DNA of 56,515 nucleotides from Chiloscyllium plagiosum (Eukaryota). Under the pieces are notes generated by a model. That model had not been told where the DNA came from and searched no databases. It saw only the letters and a program-made list of their open reading frames with translations. Positions 24,828 to 38,689 of the stretch are shown one piece after another (the first letter of the stretch is position 1; every line of letters starts with the position of its first letter). The position numbers were made by a program, and so were the translations under genes. The stretch is taken from NCBI RefSeq assembly GCF_004010195.1, contig NC_057756.1, forward strand, positions 5,220,348 to 5,276,862, in the 5' to 3' direction.

Positions 24828-25090
24828 AGGAGAAAGTGAGGACTGCAGATGCTGGAGATCAGAGTTGAAGGACGCTGCCTGACCTGCTGTGCTTTCCCAG
24901 CGCCCGAGGTGCAGGAGAGTTGACGTTTCGGGACTGAGTTCATCATCAGGAATGTGGCTTGTGGGTCTTCTCAGCCCCCTTGACCCACAAGCCTCATTCC
25001 TGATGAAGGTCTTATGCCTGAAACGTCAACTTTCCTGCACCTCGGATGCTGCCTGACCTGCTGTGCTTTCCCAGCGCCACACTCTCTACT
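24828..25090. mobile_element. Rearranged fold-back Penelope family B insert
   Basis: Inverted segments, with a hammerhead core CTGATGA..GAAACGTC at 25000-25027 (+) and a decayed one at ~24926-24949 (-). Confidence 0.8.
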
Positions 25091-25875
25091 CACGTTCAGC
25101 CCTTCCTGCCTGTTCTACTGTCCAATACGATCATGGCTGATCACCCGACTCAGTCCCCTGTTCCCACGTTCTCCCTGTTGATCCCTTCAGTCCGAGGAAC
25201 TCTGTCCTATTCCTTCCTGAAACCATTCCAGTGTTTCGGCCTCGATCGCTCCCCCCCGTGGCAGAGAGTTCCAGTCTCCCCCAATCTCTGGGTGAATCTC
25301 CTCATCTCAGTTCTGAGTGGCTGACCCCGTTTCCTTAGCCTGTGACCCCCCCCCCCCCGGATCTGAACTCCCTCATCGTCAGGAACATCCTTTCCCCCAG
25401 CCTGGTCCGGTTAGAACTTCACAGGTTTCTGTGAGATCCCTCCCTCCATTTCTTCCAAACTGCCCTGAATATGGTCCGAACCGATTCAGTCTCTCTTCAT
25501 CCGTCAGTCCTGCCATCCCGGGAGTCAGTCTGGGAAACCTGTATTACACTCCCTCCCTCACCAGGACATTCCTCCTCAGAGAAGGAGACCAGGACTGTAC
25601 ACACGCTACTCCAGGGTGTGGTCTCACCAAGGCCCCCTGTATAACTGCAGCAAGAGCTCCTGCTCCTGTACTCCAAGCCTCTCACTATGAAGGCCACTCT
25701 ACCTTTCACCTTCCTCACCGCCTGCTGTCCCTGCAATGTTTACCTTCAGCGACCGGGATACGATGGCACCCAGGTCGCGTTGCACCTCCCCCTTTCACAA
25801 TATATCGTCATTCGGATCATAATCCACCTCTCTGCTTTTGCAACCAAAGTGGATAATCTCGCATCTATCTGCACT
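25091..25875 (-). mobile_element. CR1-clade LINE 3' fragment
   Basis: QQAVRKVKGRVAFIVRGLEYRSR remnant and a CR1-type tail. Confidence 0.8.
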
Positions 25876-27152
25876 TTACCTCCTGTTACTAGGCCATTGG
25901 GACCTGGATGCCACCGTGGATCAAGTTGGCAGACCCGCTGCCCAGCAGAGGACCGGAGCGGGGTACACAGGAGGAGGGGGGAGGGGGGTGGGGGGTACCC
26001 TCCTGGTCACGTCCCAATACCGGGGCAGCTTCAGTCAGTGAGCTCCAAGCAACAGAGACCAGCCTTCTGGGGCAAGTGGGGGGAGGGGAGGGCCTGTGCC
26101 AGATGGAACGGGTCTGGCAAAATTCACGTGAGGTGGGTGCCTCTTCAGAGGACATTTTGGGGGTCAGAGACCCCCAAAGGATCTCTAACGGGGGCCGGCA
26201 GCCCCCGAAATCCACCCACTGCCCCAATGTGGCGGAGCCTGAAGCTCTTCTGCTCCTGTCAGTTTTCTTTCTTTCGTCTTCTTTCTTTTAACCGTTGCTC
26301 TCTTTTCTCTTTGTCTTTCCTTTCCTTTCAAGCCTTGTGAGACGGTATCGGCAAGGCGTCGAGTGCAGAGCAACACGGCTTTTCCTGGGGCACCTCTTGG
26401 CGATCAGCAGGAGTGGGCCGTACACAAAATGGCGGCAGCTTCCCAGCGATCGGGGCGGTAGCAAGGTCACCACTCCTCCCGACAATCGATCTGAGACTCG
26501 CAAGGCTGTTCGAGACTCCAGGCCAACCACGCTCTCTTTCTTTCATTCTTTCCTTTGTGCCGTTTTTATTTTATTTCTGCTGTTACTATGGTTTAAGATG
26601 ATAGTTGTTTTTTTTTCAAGATTATGGTTCTGTAACCAAGATGGTGCTGGTGAATGGTGACTTTGTACCCTGTTCACTGCACTCACTGTCACACGCACAG
26701 GATTACACAAATCTAATTCCAAACGGCGGAGGGAGCCCCCTAGTTAGGCTTGCCCCCAAGACAGGTACCTTCAGACTCTCACACAGCCCACACATCTCCC
26801 CCAACTCCCTCCCCACATTCCCCCCTGCCCACCCTGACCTTTGAGACCCTCAGACGGCCCGGATTCGCACCCGTGTCCTCACAGAGTGTGGAAGGTTTTA
26901 CAAGCTACTGAACGTCATCAGAGAGAAAGAGAAAAGCACTCACCATACTGAGGTAAGCTACTGACTTCCACTAATGAAGGCATTAAGTTAAAACAGAGAC
27001 AAAACATTTCAAAGTTACTGTGCGCACACCATTGAATCTCCCTCACCATTTTAATTCAAATACATTTTGAGAATTTTGGGTTGTGTTAAACAGAACAGCT
27101 TTCCAAGTCAGGGTTAAGCTTTCTCTACTCTTTGAAACTAAGAGTAAATGGA

Positions 27153-28030
27153 AAGTAAAGCTCCCCCTGCATTGTCACCCATCAAACACTCCCAGGACAG
27201 GGACAAAACGGGGTTAGATACAGAGTAAAGCTCCCTCTACACTGTCCCCCATCAAACACTCCCAGGACAGGGACAGCACGGGGTTAGATACAGAGTAAAG
27301 CTCCTTCTACACTGTCCCCCCATCAAACACTCCCAGGGACAGGGACAGCATGGGGTTAGATACAGAGTAAAGCTCCTTCTACACTGTCCCCCATCAAACA
27401 CTCCCAGGACAGGGACTGCACAGNNNNNNNNNNNNNNNNNNNNNNNNNNNNNNNNNNNNNNNNNNNNNNNNNNNNNNNNNNNNNNNNNNNNNNNNNNNNN
27501 NNNNNNNNNNNNNNNNNNNNNNNNNNNNNNNNNNNNNNNNNNNNNNNNNNNNNNNNNNNNNNNNNNNNNNNNNNNNNNNNNNNNNNNNNNNNNNNNNNNN
27601 NNNNNNNNNNNNNNNNNNNNNNNNNNNNNNNNNNNNNNNNNNNNNNNNNNNNNNNNNNNNNNNNNNNNNNNNNNNNNNNNNNNNNNNNNNNNNNNNNNNN
27701 NNNNNNNNNNNNNNNNNNNNNNNNNNNNNNNNNNNNNNNNNNNNNNNNNNNNNNNNNNNNNNNNNNNNNNNNNNNNNNNNNNNNNNNNNNNNNNNNNNNN
27801 NNNNNNNNNNNNNNNNNNNNNNNNNNNNNNNNNNNNNNNNNNNNNNNNNNNNNNNNNNNNNNNNNNNNNNNNNNNNNNNNNNNNNNNNNNNNNNNNNNNN
27901 NNNNNNNNNNNNNNNNNNNNNNNNNNNNNNNNNNNNNNNNNNNNNNNNNNNNNNNNNNNNNNNNNNNNNNNNNNNNNNNNNNNNNNNNNCCAGGACAGGG
28001 ACAGCACAGGGTTAGATACAGAGTAAAGTT
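27153..28030. repeat. 70-bp tandem repeat flanking a gap
   Basis: Unit acagagtaaagctccctctacactgtcccccatcaaacactcccaggacagggacagcacggggttagat, the same unit as at 51896-52303. Confidence 0.93.
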
Positions 28031-28328
28031 GACAGGAGAGTTCCAGATCAGATCCGAGAGCTCTGAAACAGTCCACAGTTATTGAGTGCGTTAGGAAACT
28101 CAGGGCTGACTAATTGTGGTAGGCTTTGGGTGCTCAGCAACAATCTGAATATTTGACCCTCTTTCTTGAACAAGCACCAAAATCTCACTCATCTGAATGT
28201 CGACACAAAATGCAATAAAGGCAGAGGGCCCAGCAAACGGAGACACTTGTTAAGTGGACAGACACGCACGTACGCGCGGGTGAACAGAAAAGTGTGAACA
28301 CGCTCGTGCGCTAGCCAGTACTCCTTAC

Positions 28329-28419
28329 CCAAGCCAGTGTCATGTTTCCTGTAGTTCTCCCCAAACGATACCAGTCCGATGGAGATAGTTTGCAAGAAAG
28401 GTCGGATTGCGGGGGTGAA
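28329..28419 (-). CDS. LIPE: Hormone-sensitive lipase, second coding exon (91 nt, [31 protein letters not shown])
   Basis: Closely matches vertebrate [24 protein letters not shown]. Acceptor ttccttgcag| and donor G|GTAAGG. Phase 0 in and phase 1 out, matching the neighbouring exons. Confidence 0.97.
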
Positions 28420-30124
28420 CTGCAAGGAACAGAGAAAGGTCAGAATTAATGTTGGGAAATAGAAATGGAATGAATTCGTTTCCCTTCCACTCAATAGTTG
28501 AGCTGTGAGCTAATTCTATACAGCTGCCTTTCCCCATTGGGATAGACCAGACCAAACCCCTCAAAATATATTAAGAAGGTAGCCTAACTCTAACCTCTTC
28601 CTGTTTTCAAGGCAAGTGCTAGGTGTTGCATTCTGGATGCAATCTGATTGGTCAAACCACCAGATTTGAAGCAAAACACACTTTATTCTTATCCTATAGC
28701 TAAAATACAAACAGAAGGAGAAATTGGAATAACAACTCTGTTGGCAAAAGCTTAACAGAATAATAGACTATTTACCAACTCAACAGCAACAGACCCCTGG
28801 CAAAGGCAAATTCAGGAAAATAGATTGCCTCACAGGAAGAGAACCCCAGCTCACATCCAGCTTCGAGATCCCAGCAACGGCTACTGAGAAACTAAAACCG
28901 AAAATAAAAATCCCGGTTCTGAGGGAGCCGGACACCACCCATTCAGGCTGCTTCTATTGTTCCAACTTTATTAAAAACCCAAGGCCTCACAAGTTACTGG
29001 TTTTCAATAGACAGTTCGTCACCTAAAACTTCTCCTCAAAAACAAAACCCAGGACAAAATACACCACTTAAAGCCATGGTATCATCACACCCATGCCCTT
29101 CAACATCTTCGGATGACACCAATCCAATCTTGGATTTAAAATTAACCACTGATCCAGCATTAATTGCAGCTTTCAAAACAAAAATCCAAGATCCCATTAC
29201 CCTTTGCATACAGAATTGACAGCTCTAATTCTAACCTTTGGACCGTGACACCCCTGTCTATGGGATACAGTTACTCTTTAACTGCCTGATTTCCTTTACA
29301 GGTGGGACATTTCCAAACAAGACCCACCTTCTCAGGAATACAAGTCTCACATATGGAATCCCCTTCCCGACATTTATCCCCAGGAGTTATTCGGGTAAAT
29401 TGTTAGCTACACTCTCACCCCCTGACCCACGTGCTTCCAGGTTCGAGCCCATTCTACGTACTGAGTGCAGAAGTTAAGACTGACTGCTTTACTTTACAAG
29501 GCCCCATCACGCCTGGACTGGTCGACGTGAAAGATCCTATCGGGTGATTTGAGACGACGGGCGGGAAAGTTTGTGCAAACCAAAACAGAAATTGCTGGAG
29601 AAACTCAGCAGGTCTGGCAGCATCTGTGAAAAGAGGAAGCAGAGTTGACGTTTTGAGTCTGGTGACCCAGTTCACTCAACTCTGAAGAAGGGTTATGGTG
29701 GGCGCGTGTGATGTGCAGCACCAAGCCAACACAGGGCACACCCACTTCTTCCCACTCACTGCTGCAGCCAGAGAGCAGTGAGGAGGAAATGTACTGAGAG
29801 GCACAGGAAGAGGCAGCAGCTTTCCGCAATGCTATCTGAGCCCAGTAAGGAGGCACTCGCACCTCTGAACAGCTACAATACAAAATAAAGATTGACTTTA
29901 CAGACTGTTCAGTCCCACCTGCTCTGTGCCGGTCTTTCTCCTCTGCGTAACTCTCCTCCTTATCTCCATGTCACCTCCCCTCTTCATCATATCCCTGTCC
30001 CCAACATGTGTTGAGCCAGCTTCCCCTTAAAACGATGGATACTATATATCTCTACCAGTCTCTGAACCTCACATCCTCCCCACTTCCACTCCCCGCAATT
30101 CCCGACCGGACCAATCTCATAGAA

Positions 30125-30803
30125 TTCGACAGTGGGGAAACAGGCCCTTCGGCCCAAGTCGACACTGACCCTTCGAAGACTAACCCACTCAGACCCATTC
30201 CTCCTACCATATTACTCTACATTTCCCCCAACTAATGCACATCCCTCCACATCCCTGGACACTATGGGACAATTTAGCATGGCCAATCCTCCCTAACCTG
30301 CACATCCCTGGACACTATGGGACAATTTAGCATGGCAGATCCACCCTAACCTGCACATCGCTGGACACTATGGGACAATTTAGCATGGCCGATCCACCCC
30401 AACCTGTACATCCCTGAACACTATGGGACAATCTAGCATGGCCGATCCACCCTAACCTGTACATCCCTGGACACTATGGGACAATTTAGCATGGCCGATC
30501 CACCCTAACCTGCACATCCCTGGACACTATGGGACAATTTAGCATGGCCAATCCACCCTAACCTGCACATCCCTGAACACTATGGGGCAATTTAGCATGG
30601 CCAATCCACCCTAACCTGCACATCCCTGAACACTATGGGGCAATTTAGCATGGCCAATCCACCCTAATCTGCACATCTTTGGATTGTGGCAGGAAACCCA
30701 CGCAGACACGGGGGGAATGTGCAAATTCCACTCAGACAGTCACCTCGAGGCTGGATTCGAACCCAGGTCCCTACTGCTAACCACTGAGCCCCCGTGCCAC
30801 CCT
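30125..30803 (-). mobile_element. HE1-type SINE with ~8 internal 53-bp repeats
   Basis: Tail, array (~30240-30680), core and tRNA-like head are all present. Confidence 0.88.
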
Positions 30804-31264
30804 CATCTCATCTTACAGACAGAGTTAATGATTTTGATTGGTGTACAGTAAATACCGGGAAGCACCTGGGGGATAGCTATGGTTGGGCTCGGTGTGCACT
30901 GCTGGGTTTGTGAAGAAAGTGGAGGCTGTGAGCTGGGATTCACTCACACTGCAAACAGCCTGTACCAAGCACAAGCAGCCACTGATCATGAGCTGCCGGT
31001 GCCTGCCCCGAAAGGACCACTTGACAAAGGGCTTCTCTGACAGTGAGGCCAGCTGTTTACAGCATCAACACTGATCTGTGGGCAGGGCGAATAATACAAA
31101 AAAATCACAGAAGGAAAACACAAGAAACGTGCTTCTCGTTTTGGGACTGAAACCAAACGTGGGAGTTGTTGAGAACGTTGGGAAGGGGTAGGCTTGTGTT
31201 GGGGTGTGTGTGCATTTTCAAAGGTAGAGAGTATATTCACAAGGAATGGGCAGGAAGGAGGACT

Positions 31265-31450
31265 GTTTGTGTGTGTGTGTCTGCGTGAGTGTGTCCGTGT
31301 GTTCATGTGTGTGCATGTCCGTGCGTGTGTCTCTGTGTGGTTGCACGTGTGTCTGTGAGAGATAGAGAGAGTGTGTGTGTATGTGTGTGTTTGTGTGTAT
31401 GTGTCTGTGTGTGTGTGTGTGTGTGTATATATGTGTGTGTGTGTGTGGGG
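31265..31450. repeat. (TG)n-rich microsatellite
   Basis: Direct inspection. Confidence 0.9.
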
Positions 31451-32761
31451 CGTGCATGTTATGAGGATTGCGCATGTATGTACGTGTCTGTAGCATATGC
31501 GAATGAGAGCTGTGAGCGTGTGTTGCATGTACATACTTGCCTGTGGTGTGTGAGAACATGAGGCTGTGGTGTGTGTGGATGAGGATTAAGCCGTGTGTGC
31601 ATTTATGTGTTGTATGTGAATGAGGACTCTGTGAGCACGTGTGTAAGTAAGCATCTGCCTTGCGTGTTAATATGAGGAACCTGCGTGAGGTGATGAAGTT
31701 GTGACACCAAATGACATCCTGTTGGTTACCACTGATCGGAAACTGAACCGAACCAGCCAGTTAAACACCCCCTTTGTCACAGACGCTCAGTTGGAACAGC
31801 CATCTACAAGATGCACTGCCGAACTTCACCAACACTTCCATCTAGAAGGATGAAGACAGCACCTACATGGGAACACCGTCCCCTGCAAATTTCCCTCCAA
31901 GCCACTCACCATCCCGACTTGGAAGTATATCCCCGTTCTTTCAGTGTCGCTGGAACTCTACCGCTAGTGGTACTGTGGGTCTACCCACAGCACATCGACC
32001 CTGGAGCAGTTCAAGAAGCAAACTCACAACCACCTTCAAGGGCAGTGACGGATGGATGATAAACGCTGCCCTGGCGAACAATTCCTAGATTCCAGGAATT
32101 AACTTCAAAAGCGTGAATGAGGAATGTATTCTTGTGGTGTGCCTGTATGTGTAGAAGCCATTCCATGAGGAGGAGAGACTGTGCATTTGTTTGTATATAC
32201 GAGGAGTGTAACTGAGAGAGGAGTGCACGGGAGCAGGGATGAGTAAGTACAAGTGGTGGTACGAGAGCATGTGTATGTCTGTTCGGTGTATGTCTGCGAG
32301 GAGTGCATCAATGAAGGCGACAGTAAGTGCTTATGCGCACATGAGTGTGAATGAGATTGTAGCAGCCTCCTGGATGCTAACACACAAATAGATTGCTAAC
32401 TTGGCCAAACAGCAAGGAATGCTGGGTACACTGGCCAAGCAACATTACAAAACTCACATACCAGACACACTGTAAACATGGAAGCCAGGTGTTAATGACT
32501 TCAGCATAATGTAAAAGGCAACAGTTATCCTGGACAGATATATTCCCAACAATTTATCCACTAAACAAAGAAGGGACTGACAGAAAGGCACTAGATCCTG
32601 CTACATAAAAAATCAAGCAGTACCACGCCAGCCAAGTGACTGACAATATTGAAACTATTGACTGTGTCTCCCTTACCAGGCAGAACTATAGAGAGTTCCA
32701 GAAAAAGAGAGAAAGCAGCTTCGCAGAGAAAGTGGGGCGGGGAGAGGAACACTGCAGCTTC

Positions 32762-32892
32762 GCAGAGAGAGAGAGACAGAGAGAGAAAGAGAGACAGACA
32801 GAAAGAGAGAGAGAGAAAGAGAGACAGAGAGAGAGAGAGACAGAGGGGGGGGGAAGCAGCTTTGCAGAGACAGAGGGAGAGGGAGAGAGAGA
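32762..32892. repeat. (GA)n-rich microsatellite
   Basis: Direct inspection. Confidence 0.9.
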
Positions 32893-33529
32893 CTGTATAA
32901 ATTTATAAAGAGACTTGGGAAGTATTTCAAGTGTTAAGGGGCCAAATAGAGAGTATGTTTAGTACTAAAGGTTCTCGTAACCTTTTCCTAATAAAGTTGG
33001 GACTGTTCTGCACTGGCACATGCTTGTGTTCACATTGATTTGACTGCTTCGGTATTGTGGTGACACCTGGGCATGTTCATTCATAACATCCTGCTCAGAG
33101 TTGTCTAACTCGTTTAACGGGGAACAAGACAACACGAGAGAGTGTGTACATGAGGGAGCGCAGACGAGAGGTCTGTTTGTGAGTGAGGGAGGGAGGGAGG
33201 GGGGAACAGTGAGCACAGTGAGAGAAGGCAGCAGCCTGGGCTGCACGGAGCTCCTGCCCGTGTGTTGGGGAGACGTTTGTGTACCTGCGCGTTTCTCTCT
33301 GCCCACAGGGTCAGGTCGGGTACTCATTCCCTCGCTGCGGCTGTACTGCCTGCCCAGGCTCACTTAAACTCTCTCACTTTCTCAGCCAGGATCTGAAGGG
33401 ACGCAGCAGTGATGAGAGAGAGGCAGCGTCTGGACTGAAGGCCATGTAAGGAGCAGGATGACAGCAACCACATGACATTCGCTGAGCTCTTAACCCCCTT
33501 ACGTTCTCTAAGCCTTTAATACTACATCC

Positions 33530-36500
33530 ATAAGCATCCACTCCCTCCACCATCGACGGTCAGTAGCAGCGGTGTGTATTATCTACAAGATGTACTGCAG
33601 AAATTCACCAAAGATCCTCAGACAGCACCTTCCAAACTCACGGCCACTTCCATCCAGAAGGACGAGGGCAGCAGATACATGGGAACACCACCATCTTCAA
33701 AGTTTCCCTCCACTCAACATCCTGACTTGGAAATATATCGCCGTTCCAACACTGTTGCTGAGTCAGAATCCTGGAATCCTCTCCCTCAGGGCATTGTGGG
33801 TCAACCCACAGCAGGTGGACTGCAGCGGTTCAAGATGGCAGCTCACCCCCACCGTCTCCAGGGGCAACTAGGACTGGGGTCATAAATGATGGGTCCAGCC
33901 AGAGACCCCACAGCCCACAAATGAATAATTTAAAAAAATACGGCCCTCTCTCTCTTTCCTGTCTCATGCACAGTGGAGCCAGGACACTGCCTAACAGCGA
34001 CTGGGGTGGGGTAGCCTGACGTGTGGATGTGCTAATAAGGAAGGAGATGGGGGGATGGAAATCTCCTCTTGTAGCTGAGTCACAGCTCTGTAGGTAAATG
34101 TGCGCAGGGCTTCTGTGTAGACTGAAATGGGGGGGGGGGGGAATGCAACTCTCTGGTTGCATCCCTCTCTCACGCACCATGTCAATTACCCTCAGGATCC
34201 AACATGTTTCACTAAGATCACCTCTCACGTTTCTAAACACCAATGCATGCAGACCCAGCTCGTCCAACCTTGCCCCATAAGATAACACCCCTTGGCCAAG
34301 AGATCCCAGAAATTCCCTAATTTCTCTGGATTTTCCCTGATCACCCCTCAACCTCCTATGCTCCAGTGAAAAAAGTCCCATCCCATCCGGCAACAGCCTG
34401 GTTAAATCTTTTCTGAACCGACTCCGGCTTAATCATATCCTTCCTATAACAGGGCAACCAGAACTGGACAGGCTGAGGGGTGACCTTATAGAGGTCTATA
34501 AAATCGTGAGGGGCATAGACGCTATTCTTTCAGTGTCGCTGGAACTCTATCACTAATGGGACTGTGGGTCTACCTACAGCGCATTGACCCTGCAGCAGTT
34601 CAAGAAGACACTAAATAGACACTGTCTTTTCCCTAGGGTGGGGGGGAGTCCAGAACTAGAGGCATCGGAGAGGGGAAAGAGTTAAAAGGGTCCTGAGGGG
34701 CAACTTTTTCATGCAGAGGGTGGTGTGCGTTGAGCTGCCAGAGGAGGTGGTGGAGGCTGGTACAATTACAGCATTTAAAAGGCATTTGGATGGGTATATG
34801 AATAGGAAGGGTTTGGAGGGGTATGGGCCAAGTGCTGGCAAATGGGACTAGATTAAGTTAGGATATCTGTTTGGCATGGACGAGTTGACCGAAGGGTCTG
34901 TTTCCGTGCTGTACATCTCTATGGCTCTAATTGCTTCTAATGCAATTATATCTTTTCTTAAATGACGAGTCCAAGCCTGTACAAGGACTCCAGACAGTGT
35001 CTTAGCCATGCCAAATCGAACTCCTTCTACATAGCACTCCTCTCACAATAAACAATTCATTGGGCCTTTCTAATCACTTGCTGCATCTGCACATGAACTT
35101 TTTGTCAACCATGTACCAGGATGCCCAGATCCTGCTATTTCTCAGGGTTCTGCAATCCTACTCCATTTCAAGACTATGCTGCTTTATTGACTTCTTGCTA
35201 CACGGTGGACAAGTTCATTCTTTGCCTACACCGTACCATTTGCCAAATTTCAAACCATTCACTCATTTTTACGTCTTCCTTTGCAGACCCCTCTTCACAA
35301 TTGCCTTTCCAACTCATCTGCACACCATCTGCAAATTTAGCCAGCAACTCACATGAAGGACACTGGAGAAACTCAGCAGGTTTGGCAGCAGCTGGGGACC
35401 GAGGGAAAAACAGCTCCAAAGAAGGGTCGCACCAGACTCTGTTTTCTCTCTACACAGACACTGCCAGACCTGCTGAGTTTCTCGAGTGCTCTGGGTCTGC
35501 TTCAGATTTCCAGCATCTGCAATATTTTGCCTCTGATTTAGCGAGTGCACCTTCAGTCTACATATCAAGTCGTTTATATAAATTGCAAATAGTTGAGGAT
35601 CCAACACTGGTCGCATCTTGCCAAAAATGAGCCATCTGTGTTCCTTTGTTTCCTGTTAGCTAAGTAATGCTCTATTCACGCTAATATGTAACTCCCATCG
35701 CACCATAAACTATTATTTTGTGTATAAAGTGTGATCTAGCACCTTGATTTCTGTAAATCCAAGTACCATAGGGATTCCCTTTGATCCAGGTTATCTGTCC
35801 TACATCTATCACCCCTCCATATGTGACTCCAGACCCATGGCAATATGGTTGACTCTTAACTGCCCTCTGGGCGATTAGGGATGGGCAATAAATTCTGGCC
35901 TAATCAGAGACGCCCACATTCTGTGATTGAACAAGATGAAAGCTAACCGTCTTGTGGTTTCCTGCTTTCTGTCATGTACGCTGCTTTCCAGTCTGATGGG
36001 ACCTCTGCAGAATCCAGGGGATTGTGGAAAGTTAAAACCAGTGCATCCACCATCTCACTCTTTTCAGAACCCAGGGTGAGGTCTGAGAGGGGGCCTGCCA
36101 GTCTCCAGTTCTCATAATTTTCTCAATACCCTGCCCTGATAAAAAGTCGCTTGCTCCTTTCACCTCTTGACTTACAATTCTTTGCCAGGATGTTATTCTG
36201 CAGTGAAGACAGATGTAAAATATCAGTTTAATTCATCGGCCGTCTCCTCATTTTCCATTGTCAGCTTCCCCTCCAACTCACACGCAGTATAAGTTACTCC
36301 AGCCCTTTTTAAATACCTGCAGAAACTCTTCTTATGTTTTTTCATATTTCTAGTGAGCTATCCCCCTTCCTCTAATTTCTCCCTCGTTATGTTCTTTTAG
36401 CAGTTGTGCTTTGCATTATTAAAAAATTCCGGCCAATCTTCGGACACGCCACAAATTTTCACGGAAAGATAAATCTTTTTACCCCTAAACTCCTTGGATG

Positions 36501-37070
36501 AGGACGGATGGGTTAGGGAAGCAGATTCTAAACCATGTGGAATCCTGATCTTTACGATCTGGAGTACAAAAGCCAGAACGTTAAGCCAAATTCTTGTTGA
36601 AACGGTGGTTCAGCCCCAGTCCGCTGCCAGGCACCATACTCTTGGGAGGAGCCAGGCTACAGCCAGGAGTGAGGGATGACGGTGACGGCAGTGGGGTATA
36701 CTGGAGAAACTGGGATTGTTCTCTGTAGAGCAGTGAAGCTGAACAGGAGGTTCTGATATAGGTGCTGGACTTTCGAGGAGACTATGGCCACAGCCAACAA
36801 AGGGGAACTATTGCCAATGGCAACAGGGTCGATGAGCATACAGGGCAGATCGAAGGAAGTGACGAAGAACCTTCTGACATGACTAATAGCTTGGATTAGG
36901 TTTGGATAGAGGCTGTGGCCCCACAGCACACCTGAAAAGAAAATTTGATTGAAAACACGAAGGACATAATATGATGGAATGAGAGCGGTGGGTGGATTGT
37001 CCTGCAAAAGACATACTATACTCGATGGGCTGAACGGTCCTCTTTGCTGTTGTACTATCCTGTAGTTCTA
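33530..37070. mobile_element. Mosaic of decayed CR1-clade LINE fragments on both strands
   Basis: Remnants such as LFSLEHRRLRGD, VLDPQLFAIYINDL and LAKFADG, plus CR1 3' tails at ~33900, ~34920 and ~37060. Confidence 0.7.
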
Positions 37071-37234
37071 GGACTCGAGGGTGGCTGAGGCCACAGTCAT
37101 AGACCACTTACTGCAGAGTGCCTGACCCCGGGCTGACAGTGACACTCCAGCCACGTCAATGGGAAGGCGCCTCCTGGAGGCAGAGGGCTGTATATGACCA
37201 GCCCAAGGCAAAGCGGCTGGCCATTGAATCGTAG

Positions 37235-37865
37235 AATCCCTATTAGGTGGAAACAGGCCCTTCGGCCCAACAAGTCTACACCAACCCTCCGAAGAATAAC
37301 CCACCCATTCCCCTACCCTATGACTCTACATTTACCCTTGGCCAAAGCACACATCCCTGGGCACTATGGGACAAATTAGCATGGCCAATCCTCCCTAACC
37401 TGCACATCCCTGGGCACTATGGGACAATTTAGCATGGCCAATCCTCCCTAACCTGCACATCCCGGGACACTATGGGACAATTTAGCATGGCCAATCCACC
37501 CTAACCTGCACATCCCTGGGCACTATGGGACAATTTAGCATGGCCAATCCACCCTAACCTGCACATCCTGGGACACTATGGGACAATTTAGCATGGCCAA
37601 TCCTCCCTAACCTGCACATCCCGGGACACTATGGGACAATTTAGCATGGCCAATCCTCCCTAACCTGCACATCCCAGGACACTATGGGACAATTTAGCAT
37701 TGCCAATCCTCCCTAACCTGCACATCCTAGGACACTATGGGACAATTTAGCATGGCCAATCCACCCTAACCTGCACATCCTTGGGCACTATGGGACAATT
37801 TAGCATTGCCAATCCACCCTAACCTGCACATCCTGGGACACTTATGGGACAATTTCCCATGGCCA
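37235..37865 (-). mobile_element. Head-less HE1-type SINE with ~10 internal 53-bp repeats
   Basis: SINE tail at 37235-37345, followed by the array. Confidence 0.85.
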
Positions 37866-38689
37866 ACCATGGTATCCAGCCCCTAGATCCCGAGAATGCA
37901 GCCTCTTGTCAATTTTCCCCTAGGCAATGAAATTCTAAACCGTTGAGGACTGGCAGAACACTCAGCCCACTGTTCTGGTGATAGCTGGTCGGAGGACTTG
38001 TTAGGTTTGCTCCCACACTCAGCTGGTGCTGCACACAAGTTTAACTCCAAACCTCCTTGGCTCACAGACTCTGCGATGCTATTAATGAAGCCGAGGGTAA
38101 GGTTTGCAGAGGTTATTTGGAAACAGAAATGGAGGCGTAGTTGAGTTTCCTGCTCAGCCCTGAATAAAGACAGAGGAGGGAGTCTCACAAGGGCAGCTGT
38201 CGCTTTCCCTGACTCAATATGGCTCCAGGTCAGAGGTTAGGTCCTTATTCCAAGCAATTTGGGGTCAGAGGTACCACTAACCCTGGGATGGGAGAAGGGG
38301 AAGTTCCCACAGATTACAGACCATGGCCTCACATTACCCCCCACCCCCCTCTATCTCTGTAATTTCCCATAGCCCCTGCGAGGAACCAATTTAAACTGTC
38401 CCAAGGCAATTCACGGGAGGGATAGTGGAACATAAATTGGACCTCGGGCCAAGTGAACAGCGGCCTTCGCCTTGGGATGTGACTCTGCTCCGAGAGGGAC
38501 ATTCTAAGGATTGACTTAACAGGGAAAAGAGGAATGGGAAGGTTGAGGGAGGCAGCTGCAGAGCTCAGGACCCCAGGCATCTGATGGCACGCCCAACAAT
38601 CGTCCAATGAAGGAAATCCAGGTCAATTTTTGTCCAACGAGTGCTCCAGTGAATAGCCTTAAGAGACACAGATCTGAGGGTTATAGGAT

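Noticed and set aside
28504..29088. Possible solo LTR (TGTGA...TCACA ends, AATAAA on minus strand) beside LIPE exon 2
   Set aside because: No matching TSD, PBS or second copy in the window, so it cannot be supported without a repeat search.
29820..31074. CxC motifs (VQRCECL on minus ~29850; SCRCLP on plus ~30990) as a possible CXCL17-like chemokine, since CXCL17 neighbours LIPE in human
   Set aside because: Early in-frame stops, no signal-peptide exon, and no consistent cysteine spacing.
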